Shown: positions 47,980 through 57,084 of the stretch, piece by piece
How the letters are laid out: each line of letters opens with the position of its first letter
How positions within the stretch are numbered: position 1 is the stretch's first letter
Assembly (NCBI GenBank): GCA_001003475.1
Contig: LCPF01000001.1
Span: 328,549 to 392,548, forward strand
Direction: 5' to 3'
Source: Candidatus Jorgensenbacteria bacterium GW2011_GWA1_48_11
GTDB taxonomy: Bacteria > Patescibacteriota > Minisyncoccia > UBA6257 > GWB1-50-10
DNA: 64,000 nt
Made by a program: the position numbers and the translations under genes
The notes under the pieces: model-generated
What the model saw: only the letters and a program-made list of their open reading frames with translations
Database searches by the model: none
What the model was told of the DNA's origin: nothing

Positions 47980-49217
47980 CGCTGAAATACAGTTTTAAAA
48001 CAGCCTTAAACGGCCTCAAAACCCACAAGTCGCGTTCGGTTTTGACGATTTTGGGCATCGTGATAGGCATCATGGCCATAATCCTCGTGATGTCTTTGGG
48101 CCAGGGCGCGCAAGACCTGATATTGGGCCAGATACAGGGCCAGGTCAGTTCGAGCGTCATCGAAATCGCTCCGGGCCGGCAGCCGAAAGGACCGACGGAT
48201 TTTCTATCCATGTTTTCCGACTCTTTGAAGCAAAAAGACCTTGAAGCGCTCATGAAAAAAAGCAACGTGCCCCACGCGGAAAAGATCATGCCCTTGGTTT
48301 TTGGCAGCGAGAGCGCCGTTTACGGCAGTGAGACTTACCAGGCGACGCTTTACGGAATGACCGACGCCGCCGGCACGATGTACAACGTTTATCCGGGCGA
48401 CGGCCGATTCATTACCGAAGAAGACGTGAAGAGCTATGCCGATGTCGTAGTCCTGGGTTCGAAGGTGAAAGAGGAGCTTTTCGGCAACGATAGCGCCGTC
48501 GGCCAGAAAATAAAGATAAAAGGAAGAAATTTCAATGTCGTCGGCATTCTGGCCAGCAAGGGGCAGGGGATGATCATTAGTTTTGACGATACGGTGATCG
48601 TCCCGTACACCACGGCCCAACGCTACATCTTGGGCATAAAGTATTTCAATCACATAATCATTCAGGCTGACTCCGACGCCAACGTTCCGGAGACCGTGAA
48701 CGACATAAAAATCACCTTGAGGAATTCCCATAACATTACCGATCCGGCCAAAGACGACTTTAACGTGAACAGCCAAGCCGATGCCTTGAAGATGGTCAGT
48801 ACGATTACCGATGCGCTCACGCTTTTTCTGGCGGCCATCGCCACGATTTCGCTTTTGGTTGGCGGCATCGGCATCATGAATATCATGCTTGTTTCGGTGA
48901 CCGAACGGACGCGGGAAATCGGTTTGCGCAAGGCCTTGGGAGCGACCGAAAGCGACGTTTTAACCCAATTTCTTTTGGAAGCCGTGATTTTAACGGCCAT
49001 CGGCGGCATTATCGGGATTTTCTTGGGCGCATCGCTTTCATTTTTGACTTCCTTGGTGCTGAGCAATGTTTTGGCCACGAATTGGGCTTTTACTTTTCCG
49101 GTCGGTGCGGCGATCCTGGGCTTGGGCGTGGCGGCTTTGGTCGGCTTGATCTTCGGCCTTTATCCGGCCCGCCAAGCCTCCCGCAAGAGTCCCATTGAGG
49201 CTTTAAGATATGAGTAA
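47976..49217 (+). CDS. ABC permease (MacB/FtsX family)
   Basis: RS.LT.LGI.IG, VGGIGIMNIMLVSVTERTREIG, PIEALRYE. Confidence 0.95.
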   Translation: MTLKYSFKTALNGLKTHKSRSVLTILGIVIGIMAIILVMSLGQGAQDLILGQIQGQVSSSVIEIAPGRQPKGPTDFLSMFSDSLKQKDLEALMKKSNVPHAEKIMPLVFGSESAVYGSETYQATLYGMTDAAGTMYNVYPGDGRFITEEDVKSYADVVVLGSKVKEELFGNDSAVGQKIKIKGRNFNVVGILASKGQGMIISFDDTVIVPYTTAQRYILGIKYFNHIIIQADSDANVPETVNDIKITLRNSHNITDPAKDDFNVNSQADALKMVSTITDALTLFLAAIATISLLVGGIGIMNIMLVSVTERTREIGLRKALGATESDVLTQFLLEAVILTAIGGIIGIFLGASLSFLTSLVLSNVLATNWAFTFPVGAAILGLGVAALVGLIFGLYPARQASRKSPIEALRYE

Positions 49218-49302
49218 AATTATTTTTCATGGAAGTCTGGTTCGACTTGCCCCGTACCAACGCGTAGCTTCGGTGCGGGGTTGAAGCTTTGCGCTACGAA
49301 CA

Positions 49303-50106
49303 ATGCTTTACAAAAAAACAGCCATCGCCGCGTTTTCCCTTTTAGTCGTTCTGGCTTTGGCTTTGATATTGGTTTTTAATCTCCGGGAAAAAACCTCGGC
49401 CGAAGTGACGGTTTCCGTGACGCCGAACCAAATCATCGAGAGTCCGTTGGCCGTGAGCGGCGAGGCGCGGGGGTATTGGTTTTTCGAAGCGAGTTTTCCG
49501 GCCAAGGTTTTTGACGGCAACGGCCGCGAACTTGGGGTGGGCATCATGCAGGCTAAAAGTGACTGGATGACGGAAAATTTCGTGCCGTTTTCCGGCACGA
49601 TCGAGTTTCAGCCGCCGGTTACGGCGACCGGCAAGCTGGTTATCCAAAAAGACAATTCCTCAGGTCTCCCGGAAAACGACAAACAGATCGAAATCCCGAT
49701 CCGTTTCAATAAAACCGAATCGCAAACGATCCAGGCGTTTTTCAACAACAGCCGGCTTGATCCGGAATTTTCCTGCAACAGGGTTTTTAGCGTGACGAGA
49801 ACAATTCCGAAAACGCAAAGCGTGGGCCAAGCCGCCCTGAACGAGCTCTTGAACGGCCCGACCCAAGCCGAAAAAGACAATGGTTTTTTCACGAGTTTCA
49901 ACCCGGGCGTCCGGCTCCAGAGCCTGGTTATAACCGGCGGTTTGGCCAAGGCTGATTTCGATGAGGCTTTGGAGTGGGCCGTGGGCGGATCCTGCCGCGT
50001 TTCGGCTATCCGCGCCCAGATTACGGAAACCCTGAAACAGTTTCCGACCGTGCGCGACGTGATTATATCCATAAACGGTCGGACCGAGGATATTCTGCAG
50101 CCGTAA
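49303..50106 (+). CDS. Gmad2 Ig-like plus GerMN domain protein
   Basis: G.ARG.WFFEA.F, WMTE.FVPF, LL.GPT, GGSCRV..IRAQI..TL.QF. Confidence 0.85.
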   Translation: MLYKKTAIAAFSLLVVLALALILVFNLREKTSAEVTVSVTPNQIIESPLAVSGEARGYWFFEASFPAKVFDGNGRELGVGIMQAKSDWMTENFVPFSGTIEFQPPVTATGKLVIQKDNSSGLPENDKQIEIPIRFNKTESQTIQAFFNNSRLDPEFSCNRVFSVTRTIPKTQSVGQAALNELLNGPTQAEKDNGFFTSFNPGVRLQSLVITGGLAKADFDEALEWAVGGSCRVSAIRAQITETLKQFPTVRDVIISINGRTEDILQP

Positions 50107-50165
50107 CGGTCCCCAGGGAAACCCGGGATGTTGAAAGTTTGCCGCCGGAAAGTTAAAATTAACCA

Positions 50166-50654
50166 ATGATCGATTCAAATCCGCTCAAAACCTCGCCCAA
50201 GGATTTTTTCCTTCACCTCTTGAGCATCATCGCCCTTTATACGAGCGCGACGGCTTTTTTGGTTTTGATTTTCCAGTACGTGAACATTTGGTTCCCGGAC
50301 GTCCTTGAAGGGGGCGGTTACTACGCCCGCTTTGCCAATTACGGCCCGATTCGTTGGTCTTTGGCGACGCTTCTGGTTTTCTTTCCGATTTACCTTTTCG
50401 TCGGCCGGTTCTTGAATAAGAACTACGAATCTAATCCAGCCAAGAGAAATCTTCGCATCCGGAAGTGGCTTTTGTATTTCACGCTTTTTGCGGCGGCCCT
50501 GATCATCATCGGCGACCTCGTTGTCCTGATCAACAACTTTTTGGAAGGGGGATTGACCATTAGGTTCATCTTGAAGGTTCTGGCCGTGTTTTTCGTCGCC
50601 GGTTCGGTTTTTTACTACTATTTTTCCGATTTGAAAAAGCACGGTACGGAATGA
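50166..50654 (+). CDS. DUF5671-like membrane protein
   Basis: KDFFLHL, IRKWL.YFTLF, GDL, RFILK. Confidence 0.8.
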   Translation: MIDSNPLKTSPKDFFLHLLSIIALYTSATAFLVLIFQYVNIWFPDVLEGGGYYARFANYGPIRWSLATLLVFFPIYLFVGRFLNKNYESNPAKRNLRIRKWLLYFTLFAAALIIIGDLVVLINNFLEGGLTIRFILKVLAVFFVAGSVFYYYFSDLKKHGTE

Positions 50655-50661
50655 CATGAAT

Positions 50662-50764
50662 CCCGTTAGAAGCGGCCCCAATATCCAAAAAATACTTGCA
50701 AGATGATTCATCATAATTTAAACGGTCCAAACCAAATGCGGAATTTTGTTCCGTTTCTAACGGG
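50662..50764. mobile_element. MITE-like TIR element (CCCGTTAGAA..TTCTAACGGG), second copy
   Basis: Perfect TIR; ATGAAT on left, ATGAAA start on right. Confidence 0.8.
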
Positions 50765-51226
50765 ATGAAATTCTTCGTTTATGCCGTTATTTTGATAGTT
50801 GCGGCGGCCGTCGTCGCCGGTTTTTTTATGGTCGGTTCGCCGCAGGAAGAAAGACTGAGGCGGTTCGACGACAAACGGGTGAGCGATCTGCAGTTCCTGC
50901 AGTCGGAAATAATAAGTTATTGGCAGAATAAGAACAAATTGCCGGACGATCTCGTTGCCCTGCGCGACGACATCCGCGGCATTTACCCGCCTAACGATCC
51001 CGAAAGCGGCGCCGCTTACGGTTACGAAGTCCGGGGGCCGCTTTCTTTTTCGCTCTGTGCGAATTTTGTTTTGCCCAGCCTTGACCGGAACGAACCGGCC
51101 GTCGCCGCTCCCTATGGCCCAACCTCCTATTACGCCAGCCAGAATTGGACCCATGATGCCGGCAGCGTTTGCTTCGAACGGACGATCGACAAGGATATTT
51201 ACGGTTTGAAGACGTTAAGGCAATGA
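50765..51226 (+). CDS. Membrane-anchored pseudopilin-like hypothetical protein
   Basis: TM, GSP...R..RFD.KR..DL, LP..L, DPE....Y.Y, LCA.F, CF. Confidence 0.7.
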   Translation: MKFFVYAVILIVAAAVVAGFFMVGSPQEERLRRFDDKRVSDLQFLQSEIISYWQNKNKLPDDLVALRDDIRGIYPPNDPESGAAYGYEVRGPLSFSLCANFVLPSLDRNEPAVAAPYGPTSYYASQNWTHDAGSVCFERTIDKDIYGLKTLRQ

Positions 51227-51978
51227 ACGGAAAAACGAACGGTCAGCGCACGAAAAATCTCTTTAATCCCTCCTCTGACGAACCATTCAAACTGAGCCGT
51301 TCCAAGCTGGAGCTTTTTACCGAATGCCCGCGCTGTTTTTACCTGGACCGCCGACTGGGCGTGGGCCGGCCTCAGGGCCCGGGTTTCACTTTGAATGCGG
51401 CCGTTGACCATCTTTTAAAGAAAGAATTTGACGTTCATCGCGCCGCCGGCTCCGCCCACCCCTTGATGGAAGCTTACGGCATCGACGCCGTGCCATTCCA
51501 GCACGAGATGCTGGCTGAGTGGCGGGAAAATTTTAAAGGCGTCCAATATTTGGACCGCGACAACAATCTGATTATTACCGGGGCGATTGACGACGTTTGG
51601 ATCAATCCCAAAAAAGAACTGATGGTCGTTGATTATAAGGCGACGAGCATTCAAGGCGAGATTACCCTTGAGACCGAATATCGCCAGTCTTACAAGCGGC
51701 AAATGGAGATCTATCAGTGGCTCTTGCGCCGCAACGGTTTTAAGGTTTCGGATACGGGTTATTTTGTTTATGCGAACGGCCGGAAAGACAAGGAGGCTTT
51801 CGATGCTAACCTTGAATTCAGGGTTCAGATCATTCCTTATAAGGGCGATGATAAATGGGTGCCGGTGACGATTTTGGCCGCCAAAAAATGCTTGTTGGGC
51901 GACTTGCCGCCGCCGGGCGCGCGTTGCGAGTACTGCTTTTACCGTTCGGCCGCCGAAAAATACGAAAATCAGTTATAA
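51223..51978 (+). CDS. PD-(D/E)XK nuclease, AddB/Cas4-like
   Basis: LSRS..CPRCF, GAIDD, VDYK, QME.Y, C-terminal CEYC. Confidence 0.88.
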   Translation: MNGKTNGQRTKNLFNPSSDEPFKLSRSKLELFTECPRCFYLDRRLGVGRPQGPGFTLNAAVDHLLKKEFDVHRAAGSAHPLMEAYGIDAVPFQHEMLAEWRENFKGVQYLDRDNNLIITGAIDDVWINPKKELMVVDYKATSIQGEITLETEYRQSYKRQMEIYQWLLRRNGFKVSDTGYFVYANGRKDKEAFDANLEFRVQIIPYKGDDKWVPVTILAAKKCLLGDLPPPGARCEYCFYRSAAEKYENQL

Positions 51979-51986
51979 TCAAAAAA

Positions 51987-52289
51987 ATGGCCATCATTTC
52001 CAAGGTTCATCGCGGTCTGCTCGGTCTTTTGGAGAAAGTCTTGATTTTCGTGGAAGTCATTTTGGCCTTGCGGTTGGTCTTGAAGTTTTTGACGGCCAAT
52101 CCCGATGCCTGGATCGTGAATCTCCTTTATCAAACGACGCAAATTTTGATCTGGCCGTTTAATTTCATTTTTCCGAACGCTTATTTGGGCCGGCATCTTT
52201 TTGACGTCGTCGCTCTTTCAGCCATGATCGGTTACCTGATACTTTTTTTCCTCGCGCAGTGGTTCTTAAGACTGATCTGGAAAGAATGA
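51987..52289 (+). CDS. YggT family membrane protein
   Basis: L.LR..LK...AN, PF..IFP, AMI.Y. Confidence 0.75.
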   Translation: MAIISKVHRGLLGLLEKVLIFVEVILALRLVLKFLTANPDAWIVNLLYQTTQILIWPFNFIFPNAYLGRHLFDVVALSAMIGYLILFFLAQWFLRLIWKE

Positions 52290-52298
52290 TTCAAACCG

Positions 52299-52640
52299 AT
52301 GATCTCTCTGGAAGATTTTAAAAAGCTGGATTTGCGGGTGGCCCGGATTCTTGCGGCGGAAAAAGTAGAGGGAGCCGATAAGCTCCTGAAATTGCAATTG
52401 GATTTGGGCGACCCTGCGACGGGCTCGGGGCTGGGTCAAAAACAGATCGTTTCCGGCATCGCCGGATCTTACGCGCCCGATGATTTAATCGGACGGGAAA
52501 TCATCGTGATTGCCAATTTGGAGCCTCGCGTCCTGCGGGGCGTGGAAAGCCAAGGCATGCTCTTGGCTGCAAGCGACAACGGCCAAATAATATTGCTTCA
52601 GCCCGACAGGGAAGCGGCGCCCGGCAGCAAAGTCAGTTAA
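52299..52640 (+). CDS. tRNA-binding OB-fold protein (MetG C-terminal/CsaA/Trbp111 family)
   Basis: F.KLDLRV..I, ADKLL, IVSGI, NLEPR...G..SQGMLLA, PGS. Confidence 0.92.
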   Translation: MISLEDFKKLDLRVARILAAEKVEGADKLLKLQLDLGDPATGSGLGQKQIVSGIAGSYAPDDLIGREIIVIANLEPRVLRGVESQGMLLAASDNGQIILLQPDREAAPGSKVS

Positions 52641-52979
52641 TTAACTTTGTATCATTTTCTCGCTAGATCTCCAAGGCAAATAAATAATATTCGTGCCGCT
52701 GGATTTTCCGGCTAAATCTTGTGTCATCGGAAAATCATCGCCTCACTCATTTATTTATTATTGCCTTTCCGGCATTCGTTCGAAAACAATACGAAGTTAA
52801 TTTTAGTTGAGAGTTATAAAGAAGGCTTCTTCGGAAAGAAAAAGGTTTTTCGGACGTATGAAAAACCGGGTCTTGGAAATTATTGGAAGAGAGGTTTGAC
52901 TTTTCGGCTTTAGAAAACTAGATTGGAGTAAAGGTTCTCCGGAGGCAAGACTTCCGGAGGTTTTGGATTTTAATTGCAG

Positions 52980-54980
52980 ATGGATAAATTTAAACTGATT
53001 TCAAAAAATAAGCCCGCTGGGGATCAACCCAGGGCAATAAAAGAGCTGGTTAACGGCCTCTCGAAAGGTTTGAATCGTCAAACGCTTTTGGGCGTGACCG
53101 GTTCGGGCAAGACCTTTACTGTGGCGAACGTGATTGCCGAAACCAATCGGCCGACATTGGTTATTGCTCATAACAAAACCCTGGCGGCCCAGCTTACGAA
53201 CGAATTCCGAGAGCTTTTTCCCCAAAATTCCGTGAATTATTTCGTTTCTTACTATGATTATTACCAGCCCGAGGCTTACATTCCCACGACCGACACTTAT
53301 ATCGGCAAGGAAGCGATGATCAACGATGAGATTGACAAGCTGCGGCATGCGGCGACAACGGCCCTGCTCACGCGGCGGGACGTAATCGTGGTGGCCTCGG
53401 TTTCCTGCATTTACGGCTTGGGCGCGCCCGAGGTTTACGCCGAAAACATCTTTCATTTCAAGATTGGTGACAGGATTAAACGGGCGGAATTCGCCAAAAA
53501 ACTGATTGAACTGCAGTTCAGCCGGACCAACGCCGATCTCACGCGCGGCACCTTCCGTCTGCGGGGCGATAACTGGGAGATCATGCCGCCGGACAGGGAA
53601 TTGATTTACAATTTCGAGCTCAAGGACGATACGATTCGGAAGATCTACGAGATCGATCCGGTTTTGGGCTTCGTTCCGGAAAAGACGAAAACCTTGCCTA
53701 AGCTTTACATTTCGCCGGCCAAACATTTCATTACTCTCACGCCGGAGCGGGAACGGGCTATCAAGGCTATTAGGGAGGAATTGAAAGAGCGGCTGAAATA
53801 TTTCGAGAAGAACGGCAAATTATTGGAAGCCGAAAGGCTGGAGCGCCGGACAAAATTCGACCTGGCTATGATCAAGGAGGTCGGCTACTGCCACGGTATC
53901 GAGAATTATTCCCGCCCCTTGTCGGGCCGGGCGCCCGGCGCGCCGCCGGACACGCTTCTGGATTATTTCCCCGATGGTTTTTTGACGGTGATCGACGAAT
54001 CACACGTTTCAGTGCCCCAGATCCGGGGAATGTATGAGGGGGACGCTTCGCGCAAGAAGACGCTTATCGAATACGGTTTCCGGCTGCCTTCGGCCGCCGA
54101 TAACCGGCCTTTGCGCTTCGCTGAATTCGAGAAAAGAATCGGCCAGACCGTTTTCACCTCGGCCACGCCCGGCCCTTATGAAAGAAAAACGAGCGCGAAA
54201 GTGGTGGAGCAGATCATTCGGCCGACCGGCCTCATTGACCCCGAAATCGTGATGAAGCCGGTGAAGGGCCAGGTGCCGGATTTGATCGCGAGAATAAAAG
54301 AAAGAGCCGACAAAAAGGAAAGGGTGCTCGTGACGACCCTGACCAAGCGGATGGCCGAGGATTTATCGGCTTATCTCGAGGATTTGAAAATCAAGGTTAC
54401 TTATTTGCACAGCGACGTGAAGACTTTGGATCGGATCAGGATTTTGACCAGTTTGCGGAAAGGGGATTTTGACGTTTTGGTCGGCGTGAATTTGTTGCGG
54501 GAAGGCTTGGACTTGCCCGAGGTGTCCCTGGTGGCGATTCTGGATGCGGATAAGGAGGGGTTTTTGCGAAGCGAGACTTCCTTGATCCAAACGATCGGCC
54601 GGGCGGCCCGGAATGTTCGCGGCCAGGTTCTGATCTACGCCGACCATATCACCGGCTCGATCGAGCGGGCAGTCGGTGAGACCGAACGCCGGCGAAAAAT
54701 CCAGCTTGCCTACAATAAAAGGCACCGGATCACGCCCAAGACCATTATTCGGGCGATTACCGATATTTTGCCGACCGAGGAGATTTTGAAATTGGAAATG
54801 AAACCGATTCCGAAATCCAAGAAGGCTCTAGAGCAAACAATAAAAGACAAAGAAAGGGAGATGAGAAATGCTGCAAAACGTTTGGATTTTGAGTTAGCTA
54901 CTATATTGAGAGATGAAATTAGGGCTTTGTCTAAAAATTTGAGTCCAGCTGGACGAAAAATTTTTAGTAACAAAATCTAA
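52980..54980 (+). CDS. uvrB: Excinuclease ABC subunit B
   Basis: [35 protein letters not shown]-terminal UVR domain. Confidence 0.98.
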   Translation: MDKFKLISKNKPAGDQPRAIKELVNGLSKGLNRQTLLGVTGSGKTFTVANVIAETNRPTLVIAHNKTLAAQLTNEFRELFPQNSVNYFVSYYDYYQPEAYIPTTDTYIGKEAMINDEIDKLRHAATTALLTRRDVIVVASVSCIYGLGAPEVYAENIFHFKIGDRIKRAEFAKKLIELQFSRTNADLTRGTFRLRGDNWEIMPPDRELIYNFELKDDTIRKIYEIDPVLGFVPEKTKTLPKLYISPAKHFITLTPERERAIKAIREELKERLKYFEKNGKLLEAERLERRTKFDLAMIKEVGYCHGIENYSRPLSGRAPGAPPDTLLDYFPDGFLTVIDESHVSVPQIRGMYEGDASRKKTLIEYGFRLPSAADNRPLRFAEFEKRIGQTVFTSATPGPYERKTSAKVVEQIIRPTGLIDPEIVMKPVKGQVPDLIARIKERADKKERVLVTTLTKRMAEDLSAYLEDLKIKVTYLHSDVKTLDRIRILTSLRKGDFDVLVGVNLLREGLDLPEVSLVAILDADKEGFLRSETSLIQTIGRAARNVRGQVLIYADHITGSIERAVGETERRRKIQLAYNKRHRITPKTIIRAITDILPTEEILKLEMKPIPKSKKALEQTIKDKEREMRNAAKRLDFELATILRDEIRALSKNLSPAGRKIFSNKI

Positions 54981-55058
54981 CCCCGTCACTAAAAGAGCAT
55001 TATTAAAAATCGCTCCGAGCGGAAGCTCGCAGAGCACAATGCTCTTTTTGGTGCGGGG
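54981..55058. mobile_element. Hairpin element CCCCGTCACT..GGTGCGGGG (copy 1)
   Basis: Arms identical to 56993-57067 in inverted orientation; interior similar to 60157-60237. Confidence 0.85.
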
Positions 55059-55144
55059 TGCGGGAAGCGGCTAAGCGGCTGGATTTCGAACTGGCGGCGA
55101 TTTTGCGGGATGAGCTTAAGGAATTAAGCAGGAAAATAAAATAA
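55059..55144 (+). pseudogene. Orphan second uvrB C-terminus ([27 protein letters not shown])
   Basis: 18 of 23 aa identical to the uvrB end encoded from 54864, mostly with different codons. Confidence 0.88.
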
Positions 55145-55189
55145 AACTCCGCCGCTCAAGAGAGCGGCGGTGAGACGTTTGCGGCGGCG

Positions 55190-55558
55190 TTAGGCATTGC
55201 AGTAGCGGGTATACCAGGCCCGAGCCGCCTTTTCGATGATCTCGCGATCGGCCCGCTCTTCGAGAAGCTGGTGGGCGGCAAGAGGAGAAAAGGAAAGGTC
55301 AAGCGTCCGGAAGTGCGGCGACCGCCAGGCGCAGAAGCCGAGCGCTTGCGCCTGGGAGAGGGTAGTGTGAAATTCCTTGTAGCGTCCGGTGACGGGGTCG
55401 CGGTAGAAGAAAGCTAATTCGTCGCGCAGAATTTCGAGGGCGGCCGGGAGCGCTTTTTCCAGTTTGTCCCCGTCAAGGCCCATTCTCCCGCTGAGTTTCG
55501 CCATTGCGGCCAGGAGAGCGAGCACGATGTCGACATTCTGCTGTTCTGGAGTCGGCAT
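55190..55558 (-). CDS. Hypothetical protein (GC-rich orphan)
   Basis: SD GAGGT before ATG; hairpin at 55149-55170. Confidence 0.6.
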   Translation of the reverse strand: MPTPEQQNVDIVLALLAAMAKLSGRMGLDGDKLEKALPAALEILRDELAFFYRDPVTGRYKEFHTTLSQAQALGFCAWRSPHFRTLDLSFSPLAAHQLLEERADREIIEKAARAWYTRYCNA

Positions 55559-55716
55559 TCTGACCTCACGGAAGAACGTGGGAACGTCAAGATGGCTGAT
55601 TTCATTATTCGATTTTTTTCAAAAAAGACAAGCTTTTAAAAGCGAAAATCTCCCGGCAGAGGGCCTGCCGGGAGATTCGGATGCGGTGGGAAATTCGTTT
55701 AAGCGGCGGTCCGGTT

Positions 55717-56643
55717 CTAAACCATTTCCGGCTTGAAGCCGGTGGCCCAGCCGGATTGCCCGGAGCCGCCGCCGAAAAGGCAGAGCTCGAGCGAAAGCGT
55801 CTTCTCGCGCTTGAGGTAGCTGAAGCAGACGGTGCGTCTCGGTCCGTTTCCGTCCGTGACGATCTGGTTGCCGCCGCAGCCGACCGTGAGATTCCGGCCG
55901 TTCACGAGCCGTTCGGGGTGGGTGAGGAGCGTGGCGGTGACGCACACCAAGTCCAGGTGAAACTCGTTCTCCATGAACCTGGCGATGCTGCCCTTGGCCG
56001 AGTCGCCGCCGTGCTGACGGCCGAATTGGCCGTCGATGACGAGGATCGGGTTGCCTTCCTGATCGTCGGCGACGGCATCCAGGGCTTCGGCGGTTTCGGG
56101 CGCGATGAAGATCTGGTCCGGCGTGATCGTCATGTCCGGATCGATCTCGAGTCCCCGCTTCTTGCCGAGAATTTCGACCAGGTGCCGGACGACGGCGCAG
56201 TAGCGGCTCCGCGGGTCGCGGAATCGGTTGAAGAAGGTGCCGCTGAGGTGTTGATGCCAGGGGACGGCGAACTTGCCTTCGGCGCCGATCGAAACGTCTG
56301 CCGCGAGCCTGTTCTCGATGAAGGCGAGGGTGCCCTCGACCGGGAGGTCGAGAAGCTGGCCGAGTTGGATCGCCTGCTCGGCGATGTCCCGCAGGCGGTA
56401 GCTCGCGGGGTAGGCGTTGGGGACCATCTGCTGGATCGCGTCGAATGGTCTCGATACGCCGAGGTTCGCGATCTCCCTTCTCACGATGGCGGCGAGTGCG
56501 GGGAAGTGCTTGAGGACGTTTCGGATCTGGCTGTCGTGGCCAGCCAGATCCTTCTCGGCTTGCCGGCCGAGGCCCTCCATGAGCTCGCTCAGGGTTGCTT
56601 CGGTCGCGATGCCTTCGAGGGTGGGGGCTAGCGTGGCGGTCAT
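55717..56643 (-). CDS. Hypothetical protein (GC-rich orphan)
   Basis: About 308 aa with strong GC3 bias on the minus strand; AAAGGA upstream. Confidence 0.65.
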   Translation of the reverse strand: MTATLAPTLEGIATEATLSELMEGLGRQAEKDLAGHDSQIRNVLKHFPALAAIVRREIANLGVSRPFDAIQQMVPNAYPASYRLRDIAEQAIQLGQLLDLPVEGTLAFIENRLAADVSIGAEGKFAVPWHQHLSGTFFNRFRDPRSRYCAVVRHLVEILGKKRGLEIDPDMTITPDQIFIAPETAEALDAVADDQEGNPILVIDGQFGRQHGGDSAKGSIARFMENEFHLDLVCVTATLLTHPERLVNGRNLTVGCGGNQIVTDGNGPRRTVCFSYLKREKTLSLELCLFGGGSGQSGWATGFKPEMV

Positions 56644-56951
56644 TATCACCAGTCCTTTATATGGGTGGTTGGGCGGACGACTGCCGTTAGAATTCCCTTT
56701 TACCTTATTGTCAAATCAAAGAGCGGTAATATTATATTTCTAATTCACGTTTTTGTCAAATCAATTTCTCTTTTTTGCTTTGACTTTCCCGGTTTCGAAC
56801 CTTAAACTGGTGATACTACCCCCCGTGACCTTAAGAAGGGGGACGGTTTCTTGTTTAGTCGTCCGCCTTCTCTAAAAGCTTCGGCGGGATGCTCATAATT
56901 GTAGTGAAATTTTCTTCGCTATAAACTATGAGCTAGAAAATTTCAACAATT

Positions 56952-57081
56952 ATGGCACAGGATAAAATAATCATTAAAGGCGCCCGCGAGCACCCCGCAC
57001 CAAAAAGAGCATTGCTTGCTTCGGCTACCGCCGGCAAGCCTTTGAAAATGCTCTTTTAGTGACGGGGCAGGCAATCTTAAA
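56952..57081 (+). pseudogene. Orphan first uvrA N-terminus ([14 protein letters not shown]^NLK) interrupted by hairpin element
   Basis: Same peptide as the functional start at 57085 with different codons; out of frame. Confidence 0.88.
56993..57071. mobile_element. Hairpin element CCCCGCACC..AGTGACGGGGCAGG (copy 2, inverted)
   Basis: Removing it restores GAG CAC AAT CTT AAA (E-H-N-L-K). Confidence 0.85.
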
Positions 57082-57084
57082 CAT

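Noticed and set aside
51223-51978. Cas4 as part of a CRISPR system
   Set aside because: Solo nuclease among housekeeping genes; no cas1/cas2 or array.
54861-55144. DGR template/variable repeat pair
   Set aside because: Differences are synonymous at all four bases rather than adenine-specific; no reverse transcriptase in the window.
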